Origin: a virus
Virus record (IMG/VR): IMGVR_UViG_3300032240_001872
Span: 15,750 to 79,749 of that record
Reading direction: 5' to 3' (one strand)
DNA: 64,000 nucleotides
Shown here: positions 40,309 through 50,177 of the stretch, piece by piece
Position numbering within the stretch: the first letter of the stretch is position 1
Layout: every line of letters begins with the position of its first letter
The notes under the pieces: generated by a model
Told to the model about the DNA's origin: nothing
Seen by the model: only the letters and a program-made list of their open reading frames with translations
Database searches by the model: none
Translations under genes and position numbers: made by a program

Positions 40309-40352
40309 GGAAATATTTATGTACCTACATAATAGGGTAAATATTTCCATGA
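40305..40352. promoter_or_regulatory. mirror-image pair of late promoters forming a 15-bp inverted repeat that contains both start codons
   Basis: TCATGGAAATATTTA (40305-40319) ... TAAATATTTCCATGA (40338-40352). Confidence 0.75.
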
Positions 40353-41410
40353 GTGCTACCATCTGCGCATATCCTTGGAATAGTTTAGCTATAAACCCTA
40401 ATGGTAGGGTGCTTCCTTGCTGTCGGTACGCCGCACCAAACTATACTATTGTAGACTATTCAAGAACATCAGAACATTGGAACGAGCTACGCAATAGAAT
40501 GTTAGCTGGAGAGAAATCTCAAGGCTGTGAAAAATGTTATAGAGATGAGGCAAGCGGTAATACCAGTATGCGTCAACGTAGTCTTGACTTTGTACCAAAA
40601 GAAAACCAAATAGTACCTTTAGACAAGCTAGAGATCTCATTCAACAACTTGTGCAATTTGGCATGCGTACATTGCAGTAGTGCATATAGCACCACATGGT
40701 ATTCAGAGGACTATAAGAAAGGTAAGATTGGTAAAATAGGAATCATTGAAAACAGTTTTCCTATAACCGATGAAGACCTTAGTCAGTTAACTGAACTAAA
40801 GATTATAGGTGGTGAGCCAATGCTACAGCAAGACAAGTTTATCGAGCTGTTAGACAAGGTTAACTTATCTAACCTAACTGTATGGATATATACTAACGGT
40901 ACACACTTGCCTAATAATAGACTATTGGCACAGTTAAAAAAATGCAGAGAGTTTAAACTAAGTGTTAGTGTTGACGGCATAGATACTGTTAACGATTGGT
41001 ATAGATGGCCCAGCAAGTTCGATCAAGTTATAGAAAACATGAAGGTATACGACGAATGGTTCAATCAACAGAAACGAGTGCATTGTGTAATTAATGCGGT
41101 TAATGTTATGTACTTAGAAGAGTACATAGATTTTATGACAACTAATTTTTCAACATGGGAAATAGAATGGGATTGGATAGTGCATCCAGAGTGGCAACGA
41201 GTATCTGTGCTACCTAATACTATCAAAGAACAATTGATTGCTGACTTTAGTAATAAAGGATATCCCTATACCACTACTATAGATAGGCTGTCTGATAAGA
41301 TCAGTCTCGATTGGACTGATTTTAAAAACAATGTAAATCAATTATCATCTGATAGAAACTTAGATTTTCTAGCAATGGTACCAAAATTTTCTAAGGCATG
41401 GAATGAGTAA
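40349..41410 (+). CDS. twitch-domain radical SAM protein
   Basis: Start MSATICAYPW; LPCC, CEKC, CNLACVHC, GGEP, YTNG. Confidence 0.9.
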   Translation: MSATICAYPWNSLAINPNGRVLPCCRYAAPNYTIVDYSRTSEHWNELRNRMLAGEKSQGCEKCYRDEASGNTSMRQRSLDFVPKENQIVPLDKLEISFNNLCNLACVHCSSAYSTTWYSEDYKKGKIGKIGIIENSFPITDEDLSQLTELKIIGGEPMLQQDKFIELLDKVNLSNLTVWIYTNGTHLPNNRLLAQLKKCREFKLSVSVDGIDTVNDWYRWPSKFDQVIENMKVYDEWFNQQKRVHCVINAVNVMYLEEYIDFMTTNFSTWEIEWDWIVHPEWQRVSVLPNTIKEQLIADFSNKGYPYTTTIDRLSDKISLDWTDFKNNVNQLSSDRNLDFLAMVPKFSKAWNE

Positions 41411-42665
41411 TAGTAAAACATTTTGTATGCATCCTTTTACAGGATTAGCTACTAGAGAAGACGGCGCTGTTAAAGTTTGCTGTCGTAGTCAACCCGTTGG
41501 GTTTATACAAAACCATAGTTTGGAGGAGATATGGAACGGCCCTACTATGCGTAGAATACGCAAAGATGTTCTAAGCGACAAGCGTCCGCCAGAATGTATG
41601 CCATGTTTCCAATTAGAAGATCAAGGCGTAGAAAGTCTACGTCAACGACACACTAATGGTATTATTCCTGAAGCACGTATAAATCTATATCCTAATGCTT
41701 TGGACAGTTTAGGTAATGATTATAAGATGCCGTTTGAGTTTCCAACTATAGAGATTAAACTTAACAATCTATGCAATCTTAAATGCCGTATGTGCAATCC
41801 ACTAGACAGCACCAACTGGAAAGATTGGGATCAAGTTGAAGAGTTTTATAAAAAAGAAAACAACTATCTTGTACCTACAATACAAAAGTTGGTCAACAAG
41901 CCAGGACAGTATATAGGTCCATTTGACAATACAGAAAATTGGTGGCACAGTTTTGAAAAGCTATTACCGCATTTTCGTCGTGTAGAGTTTGCAGGCGGGG
42001 AACCATTAATGGATCCGCAACATTACAAGATATTAGATATGCTCAAACCTTATGGTAAGGATATTGAGATCAAGTATGCCACTAATGGCACAACGCTAGG
42101 AATTAGCAAAGGAAGAACTATACATGATTATTGGCCCCATTTTAGATCAGTTGCCGTTAATGTCAGCCTTGACGGCATTGGTCCTGTTTACGAGTACATA
42201 CGTGGTAACTCTAATTGGACTGAAGTTGTGGAGAATATTCAAGACATACAAACAATCTCGAACGTCAGCAGAGTCGTTGGCGCCGTTGCAGTACAAGTAA
42301 GTAATGTGTTAATCTTAGATAAAATGATTGAAGAGTTTCTTGACAAAATGGGCGTTGTATTTTATACTAACATGGTGCAACATCCAAATGTTTTATCTGT
42401 TCAGGTATTGCCAAAGGCTCTAAAAGACCTAGCCATCACAAGGTTACAGGCAGTAAAATTAAAAGTACCTGACTACAAATATGTCAAAGAAAACCCTATC
42501 CTATTAGGCATAACATTAAAACAAATAGACGGTGTAATTAATTACTTGAACGCAAAAGATCAGCATAGCAAATGGAAAGATTGTATTGAATTTAATCGTA
42601 GATTAGATGTGACCCGTAATCAAAGTTTTCTTGATGTCACCCCAGAGTTTAAACCGTATGCTTAA
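41403..42665 (+). CDS. twitch-domain radical SAM protein
   Basis: FCMHPF..VCC..CMPC; CNLKCRMC; AGGEP; ATNG. Confidence 0.9.
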   Translation: MSNSKTFCMHPFTGLATREDGAVKVCCRSQPVGFIQNHSLEEIWNGPTMRRIRKDVLSDKRPPECMPCFQLEDQGVESLRQRHTNGIIPEARINLYPNALDSLGNDYKMPFEFPTIEIKLNNLCNLKCRMCNPLDSTNWKDWDQVEEFYKKENNYLVPTIQKLVNKPGQYIGPFDNTENWWHSFEKLLPHFRRVEFAGGEPLMDPQHYKILDMLKPYGKDIEIKYATNGTTLGISKGRTIHDYWPHFRSVAVNVSLDGIGPVYEYIRGNSNWTEVVENIQDIQTISNVSRVVGAVAVQVSNVLILDKMIEEFLDKMGVVFYTNMVQHPNVLSVQVLPKALKDLAITRLQAVKLKVPDYKYVKENPILLGITLKQIDGVINYLNAKDQHSKWKDCIEFNRRLDVTRNQSFLDVTPEFKPYA

Positions 42666-43584
42666 AGTTACAGGCCGTTGGGGACATGAGAGTTCTATCA
42701 AAGTAGAATGGAACCTTGGAAAACGCTGTAACTACGACTGTACATATTGTCCAACAAGTATACACGATAACTCTAGCGACCATATTGATATAGAAACGCT
42801 CAAAAAAGTTATAGACCAATTAGTTGCGCTAGGAAAGCCTATTAGACTCAGTTTTACTGGGGGCGAACCTACTGTACATCCTAAATTTGAAGAACTTGTT
42901 AACTATGCTAAACATGTTGGTATACATTGGATCAGCGTGACTACCAACGGTACACGCAAGCCCGAATGGTATGATCGATTGCGAGTAGATCAATTTGTGT
43001 TTAGTGTACACTTTGAATATGACTATCAGCGAGTTATACATACTATAACAAGCCTTAAGAACTTTGCTAAAACATCTATTGTTGTACAACTAATGGCCCA
43101 TCACGATCATATGGCAAACGTTAAAGATGTAGCAGAATACTTAAAGATTATGGAGTTTCCTTTTACTGTTCGTAGAATACGCTGGACGGAAGGTGATCAT
43201 AATATTTTTGATGACATGCGATATCACCCAGATGATTTTAAGTGGCTTATGGAGCGAGAAGCAACAGTTAAGACCAATGTAATAATTTGGTTAGACGACA
43301 AGTATACACAAATACCAAAACATGCCAACGATGTTATAAAAGAACATCTAAACAAATTCAAAGGGTGGACCTGTAATGCAGGCATAGAAAGTCTAATGAT
43401 CAACTGGGACGGAGATGTGCATCGTGCAACTTGTAGGGTAGGCGGCAGTCTAGGTAATATATACGAAGGCAACTTTATTGTACCTAATGAATCTGTAACT
43501 TGCGATCGAGACTTCTGCACCTGTGCGGCAGATATTCCGTTGACTAAGATTAAGTCTTTGAGTTTTCAATCAGTTGAATCATAA
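42658..43584 (+). CDS. radical SAM/SPASM-like protein
   Basis: Start MLKV; WNLGKRCNYDCTYC; TGGEPT; WTCNAG...CDRDFCTC. Confidence 0.9.
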   Translation: MLKVTGRWGHESSIKVEWNLGKRCNYDCTYCPTSIHDNSSDHIDIETLKKVIDQLVALGKPIRLSFTGGEPTVHPKFEELVNYAKHVGIHWISVTTNGTRKPEWYDRLRVDQFVFSVHFEYDYQRVIHTITSLKNFAKTSIVVQLMAHHDHMANVKDVAEYLKIMEFPFTVRRIRWTEGDHNIFDDMRYHPDDFKWLMEREATVKTNVIIWLDDKYTQIPKHANDVIKEHLNKFKGWTCNAGIESLMINWDGDVHRATCRVGGSLGNIYEGNFIVPNESVTCDRDFCTCAADIPLTKIKSLSFQSVES

Positions 43585-43798
43585 AAGAACTGCAATTTCT
43601 AAAAGTTTCAAGCATTTTATCAGGGTCAGCTAACCACTGTTTATATTGCTCAGTCTGTTGCCAAGATTGTGCGGTGTGTCCATCAAATTGATGTAGTCTA
43701 TCGGCCAAATCGTACATTGGATCCCCAGGAAAGTCTAAATCATTTATTAAACTAAAAGATTCTAAGATTTCTACAGTTATGCGGTTAGCAGTTTTCAT
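43550..43798 (-). CDS. hypothetical protein
   Basis: 82-aa ORF terminating the minus-strand operon. Confidence 0.5.
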   Translation of the reverse strand: MKTANRITVEILESFSLINDLDFPGDPMYDLADRLHQFDGHTAQSWQQTEQYKQWLADPDKMLETFRNCSSFMIQLIENSKT

Positions 43799-44975
43799 TT
43801 ATTATTCTCATTGTAATTGTATGTTGAGTTTCACTAAGATGATTTATCAGTATCTTCATATTGTGATCCCAATTAGATTTAACTTCTAACAACTCTTTTT
43901 CCAGATCATTAGGATTATTGTCAAAATGTTGTAAGGCATTAATTGTTGCTGTTAATCTTTTGGCAGGGTCTTTTATTTTATCAATTTGGTAAGTTATCTG
44001 GGAGAATTTAAAATCATATAAATCTGTCAATGTGTGATAAAGATCAAAACTTGCTACAGGTAATATAACTTGCCTGAACAATATTGGTTTTAGAGTTTTT
44101 TCAGTAAAAAATAAGTTGTTCTCAAAAAAATGAGTTTCTGTACATACATTTATAGGAGCATCTAATGCTTCATCATTTTTCATAGACGGTAAAGTTTCAG
44201 AATCCATACTGATAGTATCAACTGATAAAGGTAACAGTTTATTGAGTTCTATCAATTCTTCACGAGTTATCTCTATTCCAAGTTGTTTTCCTAAACTAAT
44301 ACATCGACTATTGAAATGTGATAGATGCATAGACACTATCCCTTTATCTAATAACTTTTCTTTATACAACATATAAAAGATAAAGATGCGGCCCCACCTT
44401 TTATGTCTGTTAAAACTCCAATATAGTTTTTTGTATTGAGTAGGAATTAAATTAGGCCATTCATTCGTAAAAAACTCCTTAGTATCTTGCGCATTATATC
44501 CCTTTGCAATCGACCCTAATAACAACTGAGAAAAATGTAGATTTGGAAAGTATTTTGCTTTGAACGGCGGTTTTTTTACTCGCATGGTTCGACACCATTT
44601 TAAAAAACTTCTATCTGTATCAATATCATTATCAACATAGCAAAGAGTTTTTGGTCGAAACCTATTATAAAAGGACATTAGAAATTCATATACGGGCTGT
44701 TGACTCTTAGATTCAATAGGGCACTGACCTAATAACTTTATAGGGCCTTCGTATACATTGTTTATTATTACATGATCAAAACTTTTAATCCATTCTTGAT
44801 CTTTTATTATTATAGGAGATAGTTCTAAAGAAAACAAATTAAACAGTTCAATAACAAGAACATTTGCTTTATCACTGGAGTTATATCGCCGGCCACTGAC
44901 GTCGACGTTTTCAATTATTGCCGATGTTTGATTCAATTGCCAAAGTTTATAACAAGTGTATGCCAATTCTGTCAT
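43785..44975 (-). CDS. GT-B-like protein (TEKTxKPI family)
   Basis: SFNRHKRWGR, INVCTET, FFTEKTLKPI; paralog of 48777 and 54313. Confidence 0.55.
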   Translation of the reverse strand: MTELAYTCYKLWQLNQTSAIIENVDVSGRRYNSSDKANVLVIELFNLFSLELSPIIIKDQEWIKSFDHVIINNVYEGPIKLLGQCPIESKSQQPVYEFLMSFYNRFRPKTLCYVDNDIDTDRSFLKWCRTMRVKKPPFKAKYFPNLHFSQLLLGSIAKGYNAQDTKEFFTNEWPNLIPTQYKKLYWSFNRHKRWGRIFIFYMLYKEKLLDKGIVSMHLSHFNSRCISLGKQLGIEITREELIELNKLLPLSVDTISMDSETLPSMKNDEALDAPINVCTETHFFENNLFFTEKTLKPILFRQVILPVASFDLYHTLTDLYDFKFSQITYQIDKIKDPAKRLTATINALQHFDNNPNDLEKELLEVKSNWDHNMKILINHLSETQHTITMRIINENC

Positions 44976-45982
44976 GTGAATTGAGATCCAGATTTATCAA
45001 ATTTACCGCATTGCTTGGCACATTCATACAAGGGATTCCCGTTCCATGTTTCTTCAATTTTATTAAAGTATCCCGAATCAAATACATCTTGTAATGTTTG
45101 CTCGTGTAGGTTAGGAAACTCTCCTATCTTATCCATAAAGTCAATTCTAGTATGTTGTTTGTGTAACTTTTCTTTAAAATCAATCCAACAGCACGGGCTT
45201 ATGTTTCCGCTGGCAGCAACGTAAATCTGTTGATACTTAACAGCTTTACATGTTATTGTACAGTTAGAAACTATTTGCTCTGATGGCAAGTCTCTAGAAT
45301 ATTGTAGTATCTGCGGCAACATGGTTTCTGTTTTAGAACTTGGGTATAGGCTGTAGATAGTCTTGCCCTCATCATCTAATACAGGAAACTTAACATCCGT
45401 AAATCTAGTTGTATGTTTTATTTGAAACTTTCTAAATCCTAGTTGTTCCGATAAAGAACGACAGTTTTCAATTTGGTGTTCATTATGTTTGAATACTAAC
45501 ATGTGCCACTCAGCTTCGCCACCTACTTGTATAAATGCTTGAGCATTTTCTATAATTTTGTCGTAATTCGTATCTATTCTATGTAAACTATGTGTGTCAG
45601 CAAGCCCGTCTATTCCAAATACAACCCTAGTACCTGTGTAAGCAATTTGTTCCCACCATTGTGCGCTTCTAGCACTACCGTTGGTATGCATGCTCAAATG
45701 TATAGTGGGATTTACTTCTCTCAAGTACTGTAGTATTTCCAAACAGTCTTTAGCAATTATAGGATCGCCTAGGTTACCGCACATGAACAAACTGTTTAAC
45801 TGTTTGATAAAATCTACACTGAACCATAACTTGAAAGTCTCTAGGTCAATTTCAACTAAGGACATTAGTGGATTTAACATGCCGCCGTTAATACGTCTTG
45901 GGCACATAGGACAACGTGCTTGACATTTAGTTGTTACTTCTAAATGAATATCTCGGATATCTTTTAAATTATACATGTCCAA
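44972..45982 (-). CDS. radical SAM/SPASM protein
   Basis: CQARCPMC, MCGNLGDP, HTNG, SPCC, CAKQCG; paralog of 23543-24607. Confidence 0.9.
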   Translation of the reverse strand: MDMYNLKDIRDIHLEVTTKCQARCPMCPRRINGGMLNPLMSLVEIDLETFKLWFSVDFIKQLNSLFMCGNLGDPIIAKDCLEILQYLREVNPTIHLSMHTNGSARSAQWWEQIAYTGTRVVFGIDGLADTHSLHRIDTNYDKIIENAQAFIQVGGEAEWHMLVFKHNEHQIENCRSLSEQLGFRKFQIKHTTRFTDVKFPVLDDEGKTIYSLYPSSKTETMLPQILQYSRDLPSEQIVSNCTITCKAVKYQQIYVAASGNISPCCWIDFKEKLHKQHTRIDFMDKIGEFPNLHEQTLQDVFDSGYFNKIEETWNGNPLYECAKQCGKFDKSGSQFT

Positions 45983-46562
45983 TAATCATCCAACGAGTAT
46001 ATAAAGGTAGATGTAGATGTCCTGCCCATATTATGTTATTAAGATGGCATTGTTTTTTAAAATGATCTAAACTGTCTGCAGGCCTAACATGTTCATCTAT
46101 TGCGTAGTTATTGCTCTGTAGCACTAACAAACTATTGTGTGGCATTCCGCTCAACCATAGGTCATATTGATCTTGTGTAATATGTTCGCAACTGGTATTA
46201 ATAACTAGATCTGCATCACTACGGATAGCACACATATCAGAAGTAACTGCTACAAAACGGCCTTCTATTTCTTCTTTCTTGTTCATCATTGTAGCCACGT
46301 GCTGACATAACGGGTCAATATCAACGCTACGAATAGTTGTAACAGGCACACGACTCTGGAACAGCATACTGGCTAATACTCCTACCCAACCACCGTGTAT
46401 ATCTACACTGATAGGATTAACAATAGTCGATTCTAAGGCATTGATTAACCATTCTTTACTCTTAAGTTGCCCGCTCCAGAACGCATCCATAGTACGCATT
46501 GGATTATTGCTTTCACGGATGGCACACATCCAGTAATGTAAGTGTTCAGTATCTATTAGCAT
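45969..46562 (-). CDS. SAM-dependent methyltransferase-like protein
   Basis: DIHGGWVG, SVDID, VINTSCEH, LQSNN. Confidence 0.65.
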   Translation of the reverse strand: MLIDTEHLHYWMCAIRESNNPMRTMDAFWSGQLKSKEWLINALESTIVNPISVDIHGGWVGVLASMLFQSRVPVTTIRSVDIDPLCQHVATMMNKKEEIEGRFVAVTSDMCAIRSDADLVINTSCEHITQDQYDLWLSGMPHNSLLVLQSNNYAIDEHVRPADSLDHFKKQCHLNNIIWAGHLHLPLYTRWMIIGHV

Positions 46563-47521
46563 TTCTTTTTATTCATATTGGTTTCAAAATTGCACCAGCA
46601 TGCTGGTTGCTGGCAAATAGTTGTAGTTATTTCTGGTTGAAACTTTTCCATAAAGTCTTCATCAAACACATTATACTCTTTACCATTGTATAGTTTGTTT
46701 CCGCATATACCGGATACTTCTCCGTCAAATTTAACATTTAGCCAATCAACTCCTAAATTACATTCCCATCCTTTAAAGTTGTTTAGCCTATCTGTTACTA
46801 TTTGATGATCGTTTACCTTGTGCTTCTTACCTGCCTCATCTATTACTGAAGTTTTAATGCTCCTTATAGATGCTGTTTTTAAATAATACAGTATATTAGA
46901 ACTACGAATAGTCAATGTCTTTAGTAGCTCTTTCTGTTCATCAGTGTAGGATGCCTTGTCATGTATAACTTCAGAACATCTAATGCTCCAAGCATGTTTA
47001 CTATTCTTGTAGTATTCTATGGCATTGACACATTCATCCCACAGAGAGGGATCCATCATAACTTCTACATTTACTAACACATTCTTTGAATACAGATAAT
47101 CAGCTACATCTCTATTGTGTTCTTTCTTAGAAAACGATTGATGATGGCTTATTGATATTCTGTCTAAGTAAGGTCCTGCTTGTTTCCACCAATCAAGTTT
47201 CTTAGATGCGTTAGTAGTCAAAGAAAACCGGCAGTCATAATTCTGTTTAAAATGCTTGATGAAATCAACAAACCTAGACCAATGGGTCACTTCTCCTCCA
47301 ATTAGGTGTATTTGAAACTTTTTCTTATTAGTATGTTCTTTATAATAATCTAGTATATAGGAAATATGTTTAACGTACAAGTCAAAGTCTGGCCATTTGT
47401 ACGTGCCAGTGTTACACCCCGGAAAACAATACCAACATTTATAGTTACAGATGTTACCTATGTAGAGATCAATCCTAAAGAAATCATCAGGCCAGGGTTG
47501 TTTTACTTCAACTATGTTCAT
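46556..47521 (-). CDS. radical SAM protein
   Basis: Start MNIVE (TAAATA-N4-ATG); CNYKCWYC; GGE; WECNLG...CQQPACWC. Confidence 0.88.
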   Translation of the reverse strand: MNIVEVKQPWPDDFFRIDLYIGNICNYKCWYCFPGCNTGTYKWPDFDLYVKHISYILDYYKEHTNKKKFQIHLIGGEVTHWSRFVDFIKHFKQNYDCRFSLTTNASKKLDWWKQAGPYLDRISISHHQSFSKKEHNRDVADYLYSKNVLVNVEVMMDPSLWDECVNAIEYYKNSKHAWSIRCSEVIHDKASYTDEQKELLKTLTIRSSNILYYLKTASIRSIKTSVIDEAGKKHKVNDHQIVTDRLNNFKGWECNLGVDWLNVKFDGEVSGICGNKLYNGKEYNVFDEDFMEKFQPEITTTICQQPACWCNFETNMNKKKC

Positions 47522-47563
47522 GATGTATTTAAACGTATTATAGTAGCATATAAATATTTCATG
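47519..47563. promoter_or_regulatory. back-to-back late promoters
   Basis: Minus strand TAAATA(47531-47526)-N4-ATG(47521); plus strand TATAAATA(47549-47556)-N4-ATG(47561). Confidence 0.65.
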
Positions 47564-48235
47564 ATACCAATATTCATAGGCTACGATCCTAAAGAAGCAA
47601 TAGCATACCATACGTGTGTTAACAGTATAATACGAACTGCATCTAAGCCTATATCAGTTATACCATTATCATTAAATCTATTAGATGGTTATACCGAAAC
47701 TCATATTGACGGTAGTAATACTTTTACCTATACAAGATTTCTAGTACCTACTCTGATGGACTACAAAGGCTGGGCTATCTTTGTAGACGGAGATATGTTA
47801 CTACGCGACGACATTAACAAACTATGGGAGTTGCGAGATGAAAGCAAAGCAGTTATGGTTGTTAAACATGATTACGAAACTAGAGCAAATAGCAAGTATC
47901 TCAAAGCAAGAAATAATAACTATCCCAGAAAAAATTGGTCAAGCGTCATCTTATGGAATTGCGGGCATGCCAGCAATAGAAACATTACCGCAGAGTTTGT
48001 ACAACAATCAACAGGAGACTTTCTGCATAGATTTTCCTGGTTAGATGATCAACAGATTGGAGAGCTACCAAAGGAATGGAATTGGTTAGACGTTGAATAC
48101 GAATGGAACCCACTTGCAAAATTAGTACACTACACATTAGGAACACCGTGTTTCCATGAGTTTGCTGATAAAGGAGACTTTGCTGATGAATGGCACAAAG
48201 AACGCATATTAACAAATCATGCTGACCAAGTATAA
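47561..48235 (+). CDS. glycosyltransferase (GT8-like)
   Basis: Start MIPIFIGYDP; FTYTRFLVP, FVDGDM, YPRKNWSS, EWNWL, VHYTLGTP. Confidence 0.82.
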   Translation: MIPIFIGYDPKEAIAYHTCVNSIIRTASKPISVIPLSLNLLDGYTETHIDGSNTFTYTRFLVPTLMDYKGWAIFVDGDMLLRDDINKLWELRDESKAVMVVKHDYETRANSKYLKARNNNYPRKNWSSVILWNCGHASNRNITAEFVQQSTGDFLHRFSWLDDQQIGELPKEWNWLDVEYEWNPLAKLVHYTLGTPCFHEFADKGDFADEWHKERILTNHADQV

Positions 48236-48815
48236 AGCAAGAGTACAACCTAGATTAAACGGAGACATCTTTACATATTTTACAGATGCCTTTGGACGCC
48301 GTCGTATATTAGATAAATGGTTTTATTTTTATATACACAATCCCAAACGACCTGTTATTATATGGAAAATCAAAGCAGTAGATCAGTATCAGCTACAACC
48401 AGGAACTAATAGATACATAGGCACGGCATTGAGAGGATCAAGTGAATGGTTAGATGCATACTATATAACAGACGAGCCTGTTCCTAGCTATGAAGAACTA
48501 GAGATATTAGGAATGATCGATTACAAAGATGTTGATGATCTAGGGCCTAACTTCGATCAGATTACACTAGATAATCCGTTACATGTATGGGGAGTTGGAG
48601 AAAATGAAATACATTGGCATCAACCTGTATTTGATTGGATCAATGCCAATGTAAAGTATAAATGGGGGTTAGAGTATAAGGGAAAGACCTACTATGTTAA
48701 CTATTCTCTATTTAGAAAGACTAAGAAGATTGTACGAGCAGAAGATTATCCAACTGTTCATTTAGCAGTACAGGATTTATTCAAGATGATTAAAATAGAG
48801 TCTGGAATAGTCTGA
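48219..48815 (+). CDS. hypothetical protein
   Basis: 198-aa ORF overlapping the GT stop. Confidence 0.55.
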   Translation: MLTKYKARVQPRLNGDIFTYFTDAFGRRRILDKWFYFYIHNPKRPVIIWKIKAVDQYQLQPGTNRYIGTALRGSSEWLDAYYITDEPVPSYEELEILGMIDYKDVDDLGPNFDQITLDNPLHVWGVGENEIHWHQPVFDWINANVKYKWGLEYKGKTYYVNYSLFRKTKKIVRAEDYPTVHLAVQDLFKMIKIESGIV

Positions 48816-50177
48816 TAGTTCTTGTGAAGCAGGAGGTCTTATACTTTTCTTGCTATGAAAAACTTTGTAATTGTGTTCTAATACTTCTTTCATAGATTTA
48901 AACCAGGTATGTTTGTCTTCGATAGCATCTATATCGTTTAGTAGTTTTATAATAGCATCCATTCTTTCAAATGTAGGAAGATCGTCGTAGCTTTCATCAA
49001 AGAACTCACTGAAAGTTTTATATCCCATTTCTCTTACAGCTCTAAGACTACCTTTACCACCTAGTAGGATAAAAGGATGCATACATGCTATCGGTTTAAA
49101 TGTTTTTTCACTAATGAATACTGCTGTTTCATTGTCTGCAAATATAGGTTCGCTGATAACACTTACCCAAGAGTCTAAGCACACACTATCTCTAATACGA
49201 TCTATGTAGTAGCGATCATCAAATTGGACATTTGATTCTCCGTAGATTTCTAAAGGTAGCACGGTTCTTGCTTCCTGAAGAAGTTGCTCGTCTGGTATTC
49301 TATGTTCTAAGTAGGTATGGACATTTTGATAGTCGTTCATACTCACTAAGCCTTTGTTTAGTAATCCTGCCTGAAATAATTTCAAATAAAACCATATTCG
49401 ATGTGCCCTTAATCTTTTTTGTAGGCAATTAAAAGTTTTAATATTGTGTGTTTCTTTATACGCAATATTGTAATCCCAATCAGATATTAAGTTTTGTTTC
49501 TCAGCAATGAATTGAACGTATCTTTCAAAATGTGCATAAGGAATAGGTTTAATTCTATCAACTATTTGATTACTTGCGCACCATCGAGCATAATGCTCGT
49601 GAGCAAACCAATCTCCTGTTACATATACAACTGCCTGCGGTGGAATATTATATTGCCTACAACTGTCGTGGAACCAATTCCACAACCACGATGTATGATA
49701 TCCTTCTAGGCTTTGATCAAACATTATAATTGCTTGTCCTGATTGTAGGTCGGAAAGATATTCTGGATTGATATAACAAAAAAGATCTCTAGCCCAATCA
49801 TTAGGATGGTGACGTACTCCTACAGCAATTACATATGGTTTAGGATGTCCACCAAAATCAAAGTTAGCTTTCTTTATATCTCTTTTAAGACTGCTGGTTC
49901 CTTTGAGATAATCAAAATCAATAGTAACTGCTGATAGTACACTAGGATGCACTCTACTCATTCCAGATGCATTGATATCTTTACAGGCTATTAGGTTCTC
50001 CCTACTATCATGCCTGTTTAATTCAAATACAAAATTAATTAGATAAGGATTTGCAGTCGTGGTAGAATTTTTCAAGTTCTGGAAAGGTTTTAAGAAAGTC
50101 CGTGCCACGGCGGCGATCGTATTCTGTAAACCAATTGTAGAAATCTCTACGACCTTCAATAAGTTTTGTTTCATCAT
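48777..50177 (-). CDS. GT-B-like protein (SEKTFKPI family); true start uncertain
   Basis: FNCLQKRLRAHR, VISEP, FISEKTFKPIACMHPF, GYKTF..FFDESYD, EHN. The annotated start overlaps the upstream gene by 143 nt. Confidence 0.6.
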   Translation of the reverse strand: MMKQNLLKVVEISTIGLQNTIAAVARTFLKPFQNLKNSTTTANPYLINFVFELNRHDSRENLIACKDINASGMSRVHPSVLSAVTIDFDYLKGTSSLKRDIKKANFDFGGHPKPYVIAVGVRHHPNDWARDLFCYINPEYLSDLQSGQAIIMFDQSLEGYHTSWLWNWFHDSCRQYNIPPQAVVYVTGDWFAHEHYARWCASNQIVDRIKPIPYAHFERYVQFIAEKQNLISDWDYNIAYKETHNIKTFNCLQKRLRAHRIWFYLKLFQAGLLNKGLVSMNDYQNVHTYLEHRIPDEQLLQEARTVLPLEIYGESNVQFDDRYYIDRIRDSVCLDSWVSVISEPIFADNETAVFISEKTFKPIACMHPFILLGGKGSLRAVREMGYKTFSEFFDESYDDLPTFERMDAIIKLLNDIDAIEDKHTWFKSMKEVLEHNYKVFHSKKSIRPPASQELSDYSRLYFNHLE

